The notes under the pieces are model-generated. The model saw nothing but the letters and a program-made list of their open reading frames with translations, had not been told where the DNA came from and searched no databases. A stretch of 55,639 nt of DNA, the filler included, from Porpidia crustulata (Eukaryota), in the NCBI GenBank assembly GCA_964255105.1. It is 4 parts of 4 records of this genome, joined end to end, with 100 filler letters (N's around TTAATTAATTAA, not from the genome) between each part and the next. Parts side by side here need not be neighbours in the genome. Positions count along the whole stretch, not along the records: positions 1 to 13,867 come from CAXUWE010000408.1; 3 more parts are not named here. One strand, given 5' to 3'. Each line of letters begins with the position of its first letter. Position 1 is the first letter of the stretch. Below, in pieces: positions 1 through 12,435 of this stretch. A program made the position numbers and the translations under genes.

Positions 1-3000
1 GGCGAGGGCGAGGAAGACGGCGTGGGTGTTGCGGGAGCGGTCGGTCGCGTTGGGGTTGGCTCGAAGGGCGAGGGCGTACATGACGGCCTGGAGGTCATTC
101 TTCTTGACAGAGGCGAGGAGGGTTTCGTCGGCGGTGGGGTAGTGGGATAGGGTTGGGGATAGGGGAGTGATATAGGCGCGCTCAACGTATTTGGCCGTGA
201 TGAATTTGAGGCGTTGGTCGCGTGTGGCTTGGGGCGATGGCTTGAGGCCGAGGGAGGGGTTGAGCTTGGCTTCCCAAATCATATTGCTGACGCGGTTGCC
301 AATTTGAAGGAGGAGCTCGACGATGTCGGTGGTGAAGGAATGGGTGTCGAGGGTGAGGGAACGAATTTTGGAAATGTGCGTGCCAAGGGAGCGGTGAATA
401 CCGCTGCACTCGATGCAGAGGACTATGCCCAGGTTGATGGAGACCCATTCCGTCTTGACACCGGAGTTGCAGTCGGCGCACCATTGGTTACCTTGGTCGG
501 TGTCACGCACGATTTGGAGGAGTTTTGACGGGTTGCTTTGGAAGATGCCGCTGTCACTGCGGACGTAGGTCGGACGGGCACCTACAGTGATTCGTCTGTA
601 GACGTTGTTGGCGGCAGAGCCAGGGATATGGGAGGGTGAGTGGTGGTGATGATTATGGTTGGATAGAGAGGAGCTTTTGCCTGTGAGGACGGAGCCGATA
701 TCTCGGTGTGTGGTTTTGTCGCTAGAAGTTGTGGGTGTAAATGGTAGTGGCTGTCCTCGGCCTTCGACTGCACTTTGAACCGCATTATTGATGGCGTTTA
801 TCCAATTGTGCAAATCGTCTTCTGATGGTGCTTGATACACACGTTTGTACTGGGGCGTAATAACCTCAAAACAGAACCTTCGTTCGCCATTACGAGCTTC
901 TCGAACTGATGCCATACGTAAATCGATTGGATCCATATGTAGATCCAGCTTTTGTTTCCAATTGCTATATTCTGACAATTTCCCTTGATCGAGTACAATC
1001 CAGAACCTAGCCTTGTCAGCATGTGTGAAGAAGAGACATTGGCTACGTACTTATGCCAGGCCTGTTTATTCAAGCCTTTCATGTCTACATGAGAGTCTGG
1101 CTTGCTCAATGCCCAAAGCAGCCCTTCTTTTCTCTGCTGAACCTTGTCTGACATATTAGGGGCACTATAGTCCTTCTCTTCCAGATCTCGAATGCCTTTG
1201 AATTTGTCCGGGCTGATAACGTGAGCGCCACTAGCAGGCCGATGATTTGGAGTAGCGGGATAGCCATTGGCGGAGGGCGCAGAGAGAGAAGCGCCGTATT
1301 GTGATGCCGTTGATGAGCTGTAGTGAAGTGCGTTGCCACCAACACTGTCCGCACGAGATAGATCGGATCCTGGGACAGTGACTCCGTTGGTACTTGTGTT
1401 TCCGAGTGTCGTGCCAGACATGATAGATGGAGCAACCTCAGGTTCAACATATGTTTTTGTGCTCTTCTCCAGTGTCCTTCTCTTCTCTTCTCTCTCAGTC
1501 CTCTGAAACTTGAACTCCTTATCTGCCTCAGTAACCTCATGAATCAACGCCTCAAGTTGTGGAGTCATCTCTTCGACCTTTTTCGCAGTTGCCAGGTAGC
1601 TTTTCGCCTGCGTGTCTGCATACTTGGTCAAGTGAGATAAAACTTCCTGCTCCTTCCTACCACCATGCAAGTCTTGCATGAATGAAGAGTAATCGAATCG
1701 CTTAAGCTCGAAGTTCCGCCTTTTGGTTTGGTACTTCGAGTCACTTTCGTTTCGCTTTTTCTCTTTTAGAGAATCTTGACGTTGTCCAAGATATCGACTG
1801 ACGTATGCGTAGTAGTCCCTACTCTCGTCCTCAAAATCTTTCTTCTTAGATTCAGCTTGCTTGATATCGATGTTGTAGAGCCGTGACACAGGATCAATTA
1901 TGAGTTTTTGAAGGTGAATGGTATTTTGTTGTTCGTATCGCAAAATTTCCTTCGCAATCTTCTCAAAGTAGTGCTCCAGCGCTGGTTGTACAGCATCTGC
2001 ATTTGATTCTCGAAGTGCTTCCATGAAAGCCGTTACGGCATTGTTGCATTCGACTTGAGCAACTTGAGCAGCTTCGGCTTTGCGTAAAACTTTCTTCATT
2101 CGCATTCGCATGTTACCCGTCTTCTGCTCCAATGCCTTCATTGTGGCACGGAAAAGCGGTCCGTCCTCTACTGCGCTGAGATCCTCTCCCGGCCTTCGAC
2201 AAGAAACGTCAATCTTGACATTATCCTTGGTGGGAGCTGTTACCAGACCTAGTGCAATCTCGGCTGGCTCACTGGGCGAAGGAGGCCCAATATATTCGTA
2301 ATGTTCGGAGTCGCTGAATCCAGACTGGACAGACTGTGATGAAGGGAGTCTTAGTCGAGGTGGGATACCCATGTCGTAAGAAGGTGACGGCATTCGGGGA
2401 CTCAGCAGTGCTTTCGGTGTATTCTGAACCCAAAAGCTGAATATAGCGAGGGGTTCAAGCCTATGAGCTCGCTGATCGTATTCCAGCAGACTGCACGTAT
2501 TCCGCCAGCCCCCACCTCTATCCTCCATCATCTTCGGAGGCTTCCATTTCCACGACCAGTCCAGCCGTACCGATGAGCTCCCACTAGTCGAGCAGTCCCC
2601 CACGAGCTCGACATTAGAATTTTTGTGTAGATTTGGATCAGCGTGAAATTCTCTTGTGACTAGGTTTTCTAGGTCCTTGCTATTTGATGCAAAGGCAAAA
2701 GTCAGGCCGTTGATTGAAGTGTCGGTCAAAGCAGCACTTCCTGGTTGACTGCTCTGCCCTTGCTGAATGACGAATGTAAAATTAAAAATTAGGTCCTCTT
2801 CATTATTAAGGCGAAGTATAAATGACGGTAAGGGCGAATTTGGAGAAGAATCAGGATCCTAATTAGGGAAGATACACCATCAGTGTAAGCTCTGAAATAT
2901 GATCCAATTCATTTACCTGTATATAGTCTACAAAACTTTCATCGCCCATATCCCTCTTGGCGATTAATCTAGTGGCAGGGAAGCCATTGGGTACAACATT

Positions 3001-3170
3001 GAGTAAAACCTTTCCGCGAGAGTTTGTGACTGAAAGACACGCGATTGATACTGCACATAGGCGCATTAGAGCCATCTTGACGAAGAGTTTCTGTATGCGG
3101 TCTTACAGCGATTTTGGTCCCGAAGGACCAGTGCAGGCCCCTCCTCAAGTCGACTGCTCACGTTCCCCAT
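1..3170 (-). CDS. BAR-PH-ArfGAP (centaurin/ACAP-like) protein, multi-exon, 3' end runs off the window
   Basis: Starts MGNVSSRLEEG at 3170 (possible N-myristoylation). ORF 798..2729 has BAR signature EDGPLFRATM...FELKRFDY. A 44-nt intron (1007..1050) joins WHK|FWIVLDQGKL (PH domain, RRFCFEVITP). The same frame continues to the ArfGAP zinc finger WCADCNSGVKTEWVSINLGIVLCIECSGIHR at about 400-500. Confidence 0.9.
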
Positions 3171-3959
3171 CTCCAGGACAGGACAAGAGTATATTTCGCA
3201 TCGGCTGCAGGATGTCTAGATAGACGAGCGCAGATATGCAAGAATGAAGGCTAGACAGCGTGTATTTTATATTTATTGCCAGCTTCTGTGTGAACTCGTG
3301 AGTCGATGAAAGAGGATTCGCAGGTCATGGGCGAGAAACGGTGGGGGCAGTTACTGGTATCTTAAAAGACGGCGACAGGCTTCCCAAGTTTTAGCGTGCA
3401 CAGCGTTATACTCACCTGTAATTGGTGAATGGGCGATGACAGAATTGAAAAGATGACTATCAGGGAGCCATGGTCATAATGTGATTGGCATGTTGCCGCA
3501 ACTGATGGTACCACGTTATTGGGGGAGTGTGCACACGGCGGAGCCATCAAGTTCCCCAGATTCGAGATTCTTAGCGCCCGAGGACTTCGGGAGCCCAAAT
3601 CTTTGTGTACCAGATTGGACAATCAGTAGATACGATTTATTGGGTAAGAATGAGAATCATCAAGCCTCGCTCGAGATAGATTCAGAAAGTAATACTGAGT
3701 ATGGGTATATATTGAATATTCTTCCTTTGGTTGGTTTATTCCATTACTTATCCCGTCTACAAGGCAAATACTACCAATCTTTACTCCTTAGCCATGGGCT
3801 AAGATAGAGAACCAGCTCTCACCGGGGTTTCGTGGCTTTGAACTTCACACATCGTTCTTCGCAATTAACACGAAAGCCATCGCTATCTTTGAAAAAGCCA
3901 TCAATTCGCTTCTAGAAATGAATCCACTATGGCCATTCTCGGCTCCTAAATCGCCAAGC

Positions 3960-4752
3960 CTAATCCTGTCTACCCTTCAATAACCTTTTGGTGACTTTGT
4001 CTTTCTCAATGATATACACATGTGCACCCCAACCTGATAGAGCGTCTCGATCCACGGCATTGAGAAGAGCTTGTGAAACAGTTTCAAACAGATCCTCCGG
4101 TTCCTACAGTCACGTCAGTCCATTATCGCACCATCGTACCTTGGTATATTGCATAAGATGGGAAATGTGCGCACAAGATCTGGTTCCCAGAGTCCCTCAC
4201 ACGTCCCAAATAGCTGATCACTTGCCGTCCCTGACACGATGAAATCCTTCGCGAAATCTATACACCCAATACTATCGAATCCGCAAATGAAAGGCTTCCC
4301 TGCTTTGTGGTTTATTCCTGCTATGACTGGACTAACAAAGTACGGCCCAAATCTTCTCTCGTACAGGCTGCTTGAAACTAAATTCGCCATGGTCTGTGGG
4401 GAGATCTGGCGTTCCTCTCGCAGTCGGTACATGTTGACTTTATAGCGAAATAAGTCGGACACTGTAGAGACATCTGTGGCCAGACCTGTAAGACCAAGGT
4501 ATACGTCACCATATGGGAAGATCTTTGGAAAATTATTTGAGACAGTGAGAGATGAGAGGCCCAGCCGTAGGTCGCACGCTATTGCAACGCAATCTTTGCC
4601 TACCATAGCCACGCACGCGCCGCCGTCTGGGGAATGTTAGTCACAGTCCTGGAGACCGGGGAGACGGCAATCAATACTCAAGCTGAAAGGGGAGCTCTGT
4701 TGTAAAATTAGTAGAAGTTGCATGATCAATCATAGCTACAGCTTCATACCAT
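3960..4752 (-). CDS. PUP3: 20S proteasome subunit beta-3
   Basis: ORF 4115..4612 [14 protein letters not shown]...RFGPYF...[23 protein letters not shown]-only first exon at 4750-4752. Last exon ends ...LLKGRQD* (TAG at 3960-3962). Confidence 0.95.
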
Positions 4753-5120
4753 GACCAATAGCTCCCAGAATTATTCGAGGCAGGGGAACGGGCGGTTGGA
4801 GCTTGGGAAAAGACCTTGGAGCGGTGGTAGTATAGACCTGATCCTGATTCTGATGGCGAAAGATGTTTTCAAATTGCAAAAGTCTACGCAATGATAGCTA
4901 CCTGCAGAGCTTCAATACGGCGGGTACGGCGGCAGCGCGCTAAATTGGGGTTCACCAATCTCAAGGCGGACTTTCGCAGATGTTTCCAGGCCTAAAACAC
5001 ATAAATTTTCTAAAAGTTGCTGAAGCAGTCCTGAGTAGACTAGAGTTCCTCAAGTTTTTCGAGTTGATGTGTCATATTGTGACTAATTTCTAACTATACT
5101 GAGAATATCCAGTAAGCAGT

Positions 5121-5842
5121 ATGGCGTCTCGATCGCTTGCAACTCATAACGGACCTCCGCAGAAATCAGGTGGAACTCCAAATCAAACGTAGGCAGCAGT
5201 TGGATTCCATTTAATAAAGTATACAGGTTTTGCTGACATAAATTTAGTCTTTATTGCACAAATCTACCGGACAAGCTGCGAAAGGAGGACCTTCGCTTCT
5301 CGTTGTACACATTATTCTCAACTTACGGCCCCGTGCTCGATATTGTTGCCTTGAAGAGTTCAAAGCATCGCGGTCAGGCTCATGTTGTTTTCCGTGACGT
5401 TCATGCTAGCACACAAGCTTTGAGAGCTCTGCAAGGATTTGACTTCTTCGGAAAGGAAATGGTAAGGATTTTTCTTATGATGCTATAATCGATCCAAGTA
5501 ATCATAATGGTGTAGAAAATCCAATATGCCAAAGGGAAGTCAAATACCATTGCAAAACTCGACGGCACATATCGTATGCCCACGATTGCAGGAAGTAAGG
5601 TAGCCACCACGGAGCTGCAACAGTCTATATTCAACGCACCACCTTCCTCAGCCACCGAAACTGCGTCTACATTAGCTCCAGCTACGAAAGCCCTCCCAGT
5701 GACCACCAATGGTATGATAACGGATGGAGACGGCCCGAAGGGTATCAAGAGGACTAGAGATGACGAGAGCGATGACGAAGGAGCGCCGATGGAGGAGGAC
5801 GATAGTGATGCGCCGATGGAAGCTTCTTCAGACGAAGATTGA
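5121..5842 (+). CDS. U2 snRNP B''/U1A-family RRM spliceosomal protein
   Basis: Spliced PNQT|LYCTNLPDKLRKEDLR...LDIVALKSSKHRGQAHVVF...FFGKEM|KIQYAKGKS is the U1A/U2B'' RRM1 pattern. Acidic tail ends at 5842. Confidence 0.88.
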
Positions 5843-5983
5843 TCCGAATTGATCAAAACCCTATTCAAGAAGACCCATGTTCAGTCCAGCCCAGAAACCC
5901 GGTGGAAATCCTGAGATTCTTAAATTAAAGCCCGTTCTTCTTCCACCTGGATTAGGAAGGTCTTATCCACGGGCTGTGGTACT

Positions 5984-6875
5984 TCAATCAAAGCTGATAA
6001 AATCGTCTGGTCTGTCTAAAACCAGTTCTTTGGGTATTTGCAATCCCACATACCCTCCTATTATACCCATCCATATTTGCAGATACTGCAGCGCAGGCAC
6101 CTCTTTAACACCACACGTCTGCCTTATTGCCTCCGCAGTGTTGCATGGATGGACGAAAAACACTGGAATATTAGTGACCGGATGGTTCTATACATCGTAT
6201 CTATTTAATATGCATTTCGTATTGGACCATCGTAAGAAACTTACGCCCATACTAATGCCACCCATGACGCCGAAGTCGCGGAACCCTAACCAGCATTCCT
6301 CCGGGACGAGTAAGGAATATACAGCGTCTAGCCCTCGCGGGTATGAGGGAGGGATATCGCGTAGCAAGAAGTAGAGCACTGGGACCCTGTACGTTGGAGA
6401 GAATAGGACGCTGTATTCCACTACCAGAGGCTTAACTGGAACATGATGAAATGCCGCCTGCAGATGTCAGGGGGAACAGTAATGAAGTCACACAAATTAG
6501 CACTCACTTCGTCTTCATCTTCGTCAACAGCAGCTTGGTTCTCATAGGAAGTGTCCAGCTTGTTCTCGGCCGCGTTCGCTACGAACGACGATGAAAAATT
6601 TGAGCGTATTTGACATGTAATAACGAGATATTCATATTCACCCTACATGGCAAATTTATAATGAGTTGAGGCTCGCCTGAAAATGTTTGGCTCGGAAGGG
6701 ATGCTCGTAATGGAATATTAAAAACGCTCTGTACCCCACTTTGAAGTCTGAAGCTCATGCTGCCAGTATCGGCATGCTGAGCTCGTTCTATTAGTGAGCA
6801 GCAAGCATGATTAAACGCTTCTTCTGTCATGAAACCACAATCTCCTGTAAATTTCGTGGGTGATTGATCCGCCAT
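5984..6875 (-). CDS. ATG10: Atg10-like E2 (autophagy conjugating enzyme, Autophagy_act_C family)
   Basis: YSVLFSPTYRVPVLYF (ORF 6188..6421). Downstream exon HPVTNIPVFFVHPCNTAEAI carries the catalytic HPC. C-terminus YLQIWMGIIGGYVGL, stop at 5984-5986. Confidence 0.82.
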
Positions 6876-7851
6876 CGCCCCAAATGGAACACAATCTGTA
6901 GTACGCCTTTGAATATGCCCGTGTTGTCCCTCAGGACTCTCTACTGCGGCAGATCCTAGTCTTCATATGAAATGCGTATCCATTAGAGGAGATGATAAGA
7001 TCGTCGGTTGTCATGGCAAAACTATTTGCGCCGTAGGCTATTCCGGATTTTTAAGCCACACTTGACATATTTCATTGGACTGTTAACTGTACAATCTCTC
7101 GACTCAATACTAGCTGTTGTTCGCGAAGAAGTCTTAACGTTGAAATACCTGTGGTTCGTCCAGGAACAAGCGCAACGTCTGTTGTCCCACGGTTGTATGT
7201 CATTAGCGTCACTGTCGGGTTGTGGCTGTGCTGCGGCTCCTAATGCTTGAGAACAGCCGATCTTCCCTTTAGTGGAAGTTGGCCTGCCGATCGTGTGGCA
7301 GCTGTGGCTGGTAATTACGTTGCCTTGTTTACTATCCAAGGAACCGCCCTTGGTCGAGCCAATCAGATGTTTTGTGACGACGATTACTAGTTGGCCAGAC
7401 TCCTACTCCCAATTTCGATAAAACCAGCCATTCCCTTCTCTGTCGCATTTCCTAGCGGTCGTTGTCCCAGTGATTCTGTGTTGCGTACATCTTTTTTGGG
7501 TTTCGTTATCTTCTGAACGAGTCCTGGGCGTTCAAGGCAAAGAAGGTCTGAAACGAGGCCGTTTTGCAGGCCTGCAGTCTCACCGTCCAGTAAGTGGACA
7601 TTACATCCGATACTGTGACAGATTTGAAGTATCTGGCACCTAGAGCATCATTCCAGCACCGGAGGCTCAACATCTCTTTCTCTAATATCTTTATCTGGCT
7701 AGTCATTTGAAGATCTTCCTACCCAGCCATGATGTGTAGCAAGGAATAGACATTGAGGCCCAACAATCGTTTCTTGCGTCCATGCTTTCATAGCCTTACC
7801 AACTCACTGGACCGCCCGTTGACCCTTCGACTTCTACATTTCGAACCTGCA

Positions 7852-10800
7852 ATGGGCGGCAACCTCCAGTTGGATCCTGAGATACGTCCTCAGCGCCTAT
7901 CAAAACCCCGGACCAGTACCTCAACGTCAAATCTTTTAAATTTCACACAACAAAAGAACGAAACGCCATCGCCTTTAACGCCGACCGACACACATGTACT
8001 TGGAGAAAACGCTACGACAGTGACTTCACCGACCGGAGAAGTCAGAAGTCGTCGTGATACACGATCAAAGCTCCGTGATTACCTGTATGGACCCGGCAAC
8101 CAGGCTCAAATGGTGTCATCTGAAGACGAAGACGATGGACCTAAACGTTTTTCGAAAGTTGCTGGCCTTAAGAAGCGGCTCTCAAGGAGCGGCTCTTCCT
8201 TCACGCAGCTCCCAAGCGCTAAATCATCTTCGCTCTATCTGATAAATGCTTCAGGCTCCCGTCTGCTCTTACCTTCGGAACTTTCGACAGTCGACAATGA
8301 AGAGTCTGAAAGGCTTGCCGAAGATATCAAGGAAAAGGCTCATGCAGACAGTATCGCAGCTCACAATCACGTTGCCTTGCCAGTGGACGAGGATAAGCAT
8401 CCTGACTCGGTCATGGCTCCCATTCGCCGAAGGTCCCTATTCCTACCCGGTATTGCTACACGGGACGCAAACGACATCCTACGGAAGCCACCTTTACCAA
8501 ATAAGTCGCAGTCGCAAGTAGATTTGTCGTATTATTACAATCCGTTTCTCTCTGAAACTTCCCCATTGTCACAACTCGCTGCTCTTGATAAAACGCACGA
8601 TGGACGGTCTACCCCATCAGATCTTGACTATTCACATCTTGGAGGACTCAAGCTCGGAACCCTGCGAGTCACAAATGGAGGGGCAGCCTCTCCAACCCCT
8701 GATGCGCAGCACGACTATCATACCGCTCACAACAGTGGCAAAGATGAAGGGGGCGTTTCATTCCGTAAAGGAATCATCCACCAATCAAGCCAAACGCTTA
8801 ATCATGCGAGTGATTCACAGGTTGCGACAAGTGAACACAAGGAAATAGCACGAGCCTTGGAAGGCTATGCTGGAACCTTCGAGACAAGTATACAAGGAGG
8901 CGAGAGTCCTTCAAAGCGTGGGTATACAGGGAGATCTATGAAAACAGAACATAATGCTGTCTATCAATCGTGTTTGAGGTCTCTTTCCACAAACGAAAGT
9001 GTTACATCTACCAACCCGTCATTTAGATCGCCCGATCGTGCTTCAATCATTGCGCAGAATTACATGTTGGAGCTCCCTGGCAGTCCTTTTCCAAAATCAG
9101 AGCTGTCAAATTTGGGCATTTTGGAGCCAGGATTCAAACCTGCAGACCACACTATCCAGGTAGGCATACGTGAAGACGAAGATATTGACGTAGCCATGCG
9201 GCAGAATCCAGCTTCCGAAATGTGGAGACTTTTCATTAACGATGCAGAAGTACGACACGCGAACAGCGAAACTCGGGAAGATGCATTCAGAACACTTACT
9301 GCCAATGCAGCTTCTGTCTCGGACACGGCTTCTCGGTCTGTGTCATCATCACAGAGTTCGAGACATCGTGCATCTGTAGGCACGCTCATCGACTCAGCCA
9401 GTGGCAAGGCTTTCAAAAAGGCTGATAGTGGTTACAACTCGAATGAGTCCTTGCAGACGCTGAGCAGTGTAGCAATGAGCAATAATTTGGAAGAGCTATC
9501 CGCCAGGCTTACTCCGAACTCAGCTGTTCGACTATCTCATTCTATTTCTGGGCCGCGCGAGATGCGGCGGTCTGCCTCAAGCGTTGAGCAGGTCGTTATC
9601 CCGGATCAAGTTGATCGGCCCATTCCTGTTCGTCCCTCGGCCTTGGTCACCTCTAAGGCACTTTCAGCGATCGATCCCATAACTCCGACATACCAGACTT
9701 CGTCAACGACGACCGTGACCGTCACTTATTCCACTAGTCCTGTTGTGCACAAGAATCCAGTCAGTCAGATCAATACCGTTCCAACGAGAAATCCGATTGG
9801 GCATCCACGCCCTCTCGATCCTGGTGCCGCTAAAGCCCACAAACTACGTAAACCAAGACCGCTATCGCAGCCTCTTCCTGTGGATCTCATTACTTTACAA
9901 TGCAATCTTTCGTTGAACCAATGTGACATCCCACCTGTGCCGTTCTATGTATCTTCGAAACATGCGGATAGAGTGCGCGACTTTCCCTCGCTCGAGCACA
10001 CTGTTCCATCTTCACAATACACTGATGATCTGTCTACTGAAGAGGCCGTGTACGTTCCCATACGATTTCCATCGCCTGCCAGCGTCAAAGAAGACGAGAG
10101 TTCCTTCAAGAATATCTCTATCACAACACGGCTGTCGCAGTACAGTACAAGGGAGCCCAATACACCTGATTTAGACGGCAATAGAGAAAGCACTATTTCA
10201 GAAGCTGAACATTTTGCCGCTACTGACATAGTTCGTTCTCCGAGCTGGTCCGAGTTTGGGCGTAGAGGCAGGGAGAAGAAGAGAATAGAGAAAGAGAAGA
10301 AAATCGCCAGGAGGATGGAGACAGGCCAGGATACCACTGGGCTCGATCTGGACGGGCTGCGAGTCTCTGAGATATGCACATCTCCAAGCTGGTCTACCTT
10401 TGGAGGGGCTAAGAAGCAAAAGAAAAAACCGGACTCGGCAAAGAAAGACTTAGCAAAAAGCCCAGAGAAAGATAGAACGAAGAGAAGCAGTGTACTGACT
10501 CGTAACCGTTCTAGTATAACAACGAAGGATGAACGCCAGCCGGGCCAGCCTAGTGCCGAGGCCATGATAGCGGACTTCGGTACTGTTACTGAATCTCTTG
10601 GTGGTAGTCCATATGACATTGCCAGAGCTGCGCTCACGTGCAAACCTCGAGCGGGCCAGAACACAAACATTACATATCCTTATCAGATGAGTACCGCAGT
10701 TGTAAGAGTCAAAAGTCATGTTGGAATGGACGAAGAACATGCCGTAGAATTTTCCCGGCTACGAAGTCGGCAAAGGAGTAGTAGTTCATCTCGACCGAAA

Positions 10801-12066
10801 GCGCCAATGCGCAAATCTTTTGATGACCATGCTACAGTGCCTGGGCGGGTGGTACGTCCGAAAAGCATGTATGCAGATGTCCCACCTGTGCCTAACCTAC
10901 CCAGAGATTTTGGACAGAATGAGCCAGAAAACCATTATCGTGAGCGGCCAATACCTAGTCGATCCCGAAGTATGTTTCCCGGAGCCCGCCACATACCTGA
11001 TGCTGCTCCGATGGAAGAGCCTGGACGTTATGAATCGGTCAGCCGACAAAACAATTTACCCGAGGACAGAGCTCTACCCCAGAGTGTCAAGATTCAACCG
11101 ACATCGGCATTTGCGTTCGTGGATTTGCCAATGCATCGACGGGTTATTAGCAATCGTAATGAGCAGCCAAAGGAAATGGTCCGTTCTCGAAGTATGGTCA
11201 TCGAATCGTTGCCTAAATATGACTACGCTCTAGCAGAGCATCAGGGCCCACGTGAAAGCTTCAATGACCGCAATGGAGCCCCAGGCCTCAAAAATCGGCC
11301 GAGAAGCATGCTCCTCGACATCCCACCAGTGCCAGCATTACCTACTGCTGAGCAAGTCCAGCAGAAGGAAGCTCAGATCTCCAGATCCAGCTCGGAGAGA
11401 TTCATGACCTCGATCGAACCACGCAAACTGACGACATCCGTGGAATCGCCCAAGAAGGATCTCTGGGAAAGGACCGCGCTGGCTGAGGGAAATGCTGCAG
11501 CACCCAGATCTGACAGTGGCTGGGAGGCTCATCAGCGACTATGGGCCGATCGCCGAAAGGCGGCAGGCGATGCCCTTCTTCAGAGTCACCAACCAACAGC
11601 AACGGTCGATACGGCTGGTCCACTCCAATTGTATTCGGGCGTCAACAGACCTACCGAAATTATAAGTCACCTATTCCCTGACAGCGCCTTGCCTGCCAGA
11701 TCACGGACCCCCTCGCCGGTCAAGCCGGTCTCACGACCTTTCCACAAACCATCGAGTTCAGAACAGCACATGCCATCCACTCCTACAAACCCACCTCCGC
11801 CACCATCAACAGCTCAATCCCTTCCTCCGTCTGCCGCTCCACCTCCTCCTACAGGTGCGACAACTCCAAACCCGCAATCAAATGACCGCCTTGCTGGCCG
11901 CTATGAGGGCGGCCTATCTTATGGCTACGAGCCCGGCGTTGGCGTCGGCGGTAGTGCGGGAACACGGAACGCGCAAACAGGCGCGAGTAGGAAGAGCATT
12001 GGGTTTAGTCGAGGATATGGGGTCGACTTGAGTGACATCCCAATTTTCGTCGCACCCAGGGGATAA
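7852..12066 (+). CDS. Large Ser/Pro/Arg-rich, probably disordered hypothetical protein
   Basis: 1437-codon uninterrupted ORF; first ATG at 7852 (MGGNLQ...RLSKPRT). Short motif-like islands LGGLKLGTLRVTNG, DSGYNSNESL and C-terminal GRYEGGLSYGYEPGVGVGGSAGTR...YGVDLSDIPIFV. Confidence 0.8.
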   Translation: MGGNLQLDPEIRPQRLSKPRTSTSTSNLLNFTQQKNETPSPLTPTDTHVLGENATTVTSPTGEVRSRRDTRSKLRDYLYGPGNQAQMVSSEDEDDGPKRFSKVAGLKKRLSRSGSSFTQLPSAKSSSLYLINASGSRLLLPSELSTVDNEESERLAEDIKEKAHADSIAAHNHVALPVDEDKHPDSVMAPIRRRSLFLPGIATRDANDILRKPPLPNKSQSQVDLSYYYNPFLSETSPLSQLAALDKTHDGRSTPSDLDYSHLGGLKLGTLRVTNGGAASPTPDAQHDYHTAHNSGKDEGGVSFRKGIIHQSSQTLNHASDSQVATSEHKEIARALEGYAGTFETSIQGGESPSKRGYTGRSMKTEHNAVYQSCLRSLSTNESVTSTNPSFRSPDRASIIAQNYMLELPGSPFPKSELSNLGILEPGFKPADHTIQVGIREDEDIDVAMRQNPASEMWRLFINDAEVRHANSETREDAFRTLTANAASVSDTASRSVSSSQSSRHRASVGTLIDSASGKAFKKADSGYNSNESLQTLSSVAMSNNLEELSARLTPNSAVRLSHSISGPREMRRSASSVEQVVIPDQVDRPIPVRPSALVTSKALSAIDPITPTYQTSSTTTVTVTYSTSPVVHKNPVSQINTVPTRNPIGHPRPLDPGAAKAHKLRKPRPLSQPLPVDLITLQCNLSLNQCDIPPVPFYVSSKHADRVRDFPSLEHTVPSSQYTDDLSTEEAVYVPIRFPSPASVKEDESSFKNISITTRLSQYSTREPNTPDLDGNRESTISEAEHFAATDIVRSPSWSEFGRRGREKKRIEKEKKIARRMETGQDTTGLDLDGLRVSEICTSPSWSTFGGAKKQKKKPDSAKKDLAKSPEKDRTKRSSVLTRNRSSITTKDERQPGQPSAEAMIADFGTVTESLGGSPYDIARAALTCKPRAGQNTNITYPYQMSTAVVRVKSHVGMDEEHAVEFSRLRSRQRSSSSSRPKAPMRKSFDDHATVPGRVVRPKSMYADVPPVPNLPRDFGQNEPENHYRERPIPSRSRSMFPGARHIPDAAPMEEPGRYESVSRQNNLPEDRALPQSVKIQPTSAFAFVDLPMHRRVISNRNEQPKEMVRSRSMVIESLPKYDYALAEHQGPRESFNDRNGAPGLKNRPRSMLLDIPPVPALPTAEQVQQKEAQISRSSSERFMTSIEPRKLTTSVESPKKDLWERTALAEGNAAAPRSDSGWEAHQRLWADRRKAAGDALLQSHQPTATVDTAGPLQLYSGVNRPTEIISHLFPDSALPARSRTPSPVKPVSRPFHKPSSSEQHMPSTPTNPPPPPSTAQSLPPSAAPPPPTGATTPNPQSNDRLAGRYEGGLSYGYEPGVGVGGSAGTRNAQTGASRKSIGFSRGYGVDLSDIPIFVAPRG

Positions 12067-12435
12067 GGATGAGGAGGGGAAAAAGCGATGGAGGACGCTT
12101 CGGGATGTTTCTAAGACCATGAATTGTTATGTATGCCCTTCGACGATACCCTTTACATTCGGTACATAATTGCGGCTTTGCTGCAGAGGTCTTTTGATAA
12201 TTGGCAAGATAAACAACTTACACAATCAGCGAGTAATACAAAATGTAACTACACGTCGCTTGCGATAGTTGCTGGACAGCTGATAAGTTACTGCGCTAGT
12301 GATGGCTTCCGGTATCTGAAATTAAGTGGTATTCTTACGCGTGTTTTATCCCTGCCTAAGTAAGAGCTTAGCAGTAGAGTATCGGATCCATTTGGACAGA
12401 CCCCCTACAGCTTCCTCGCCACACCTGCTGCTACA

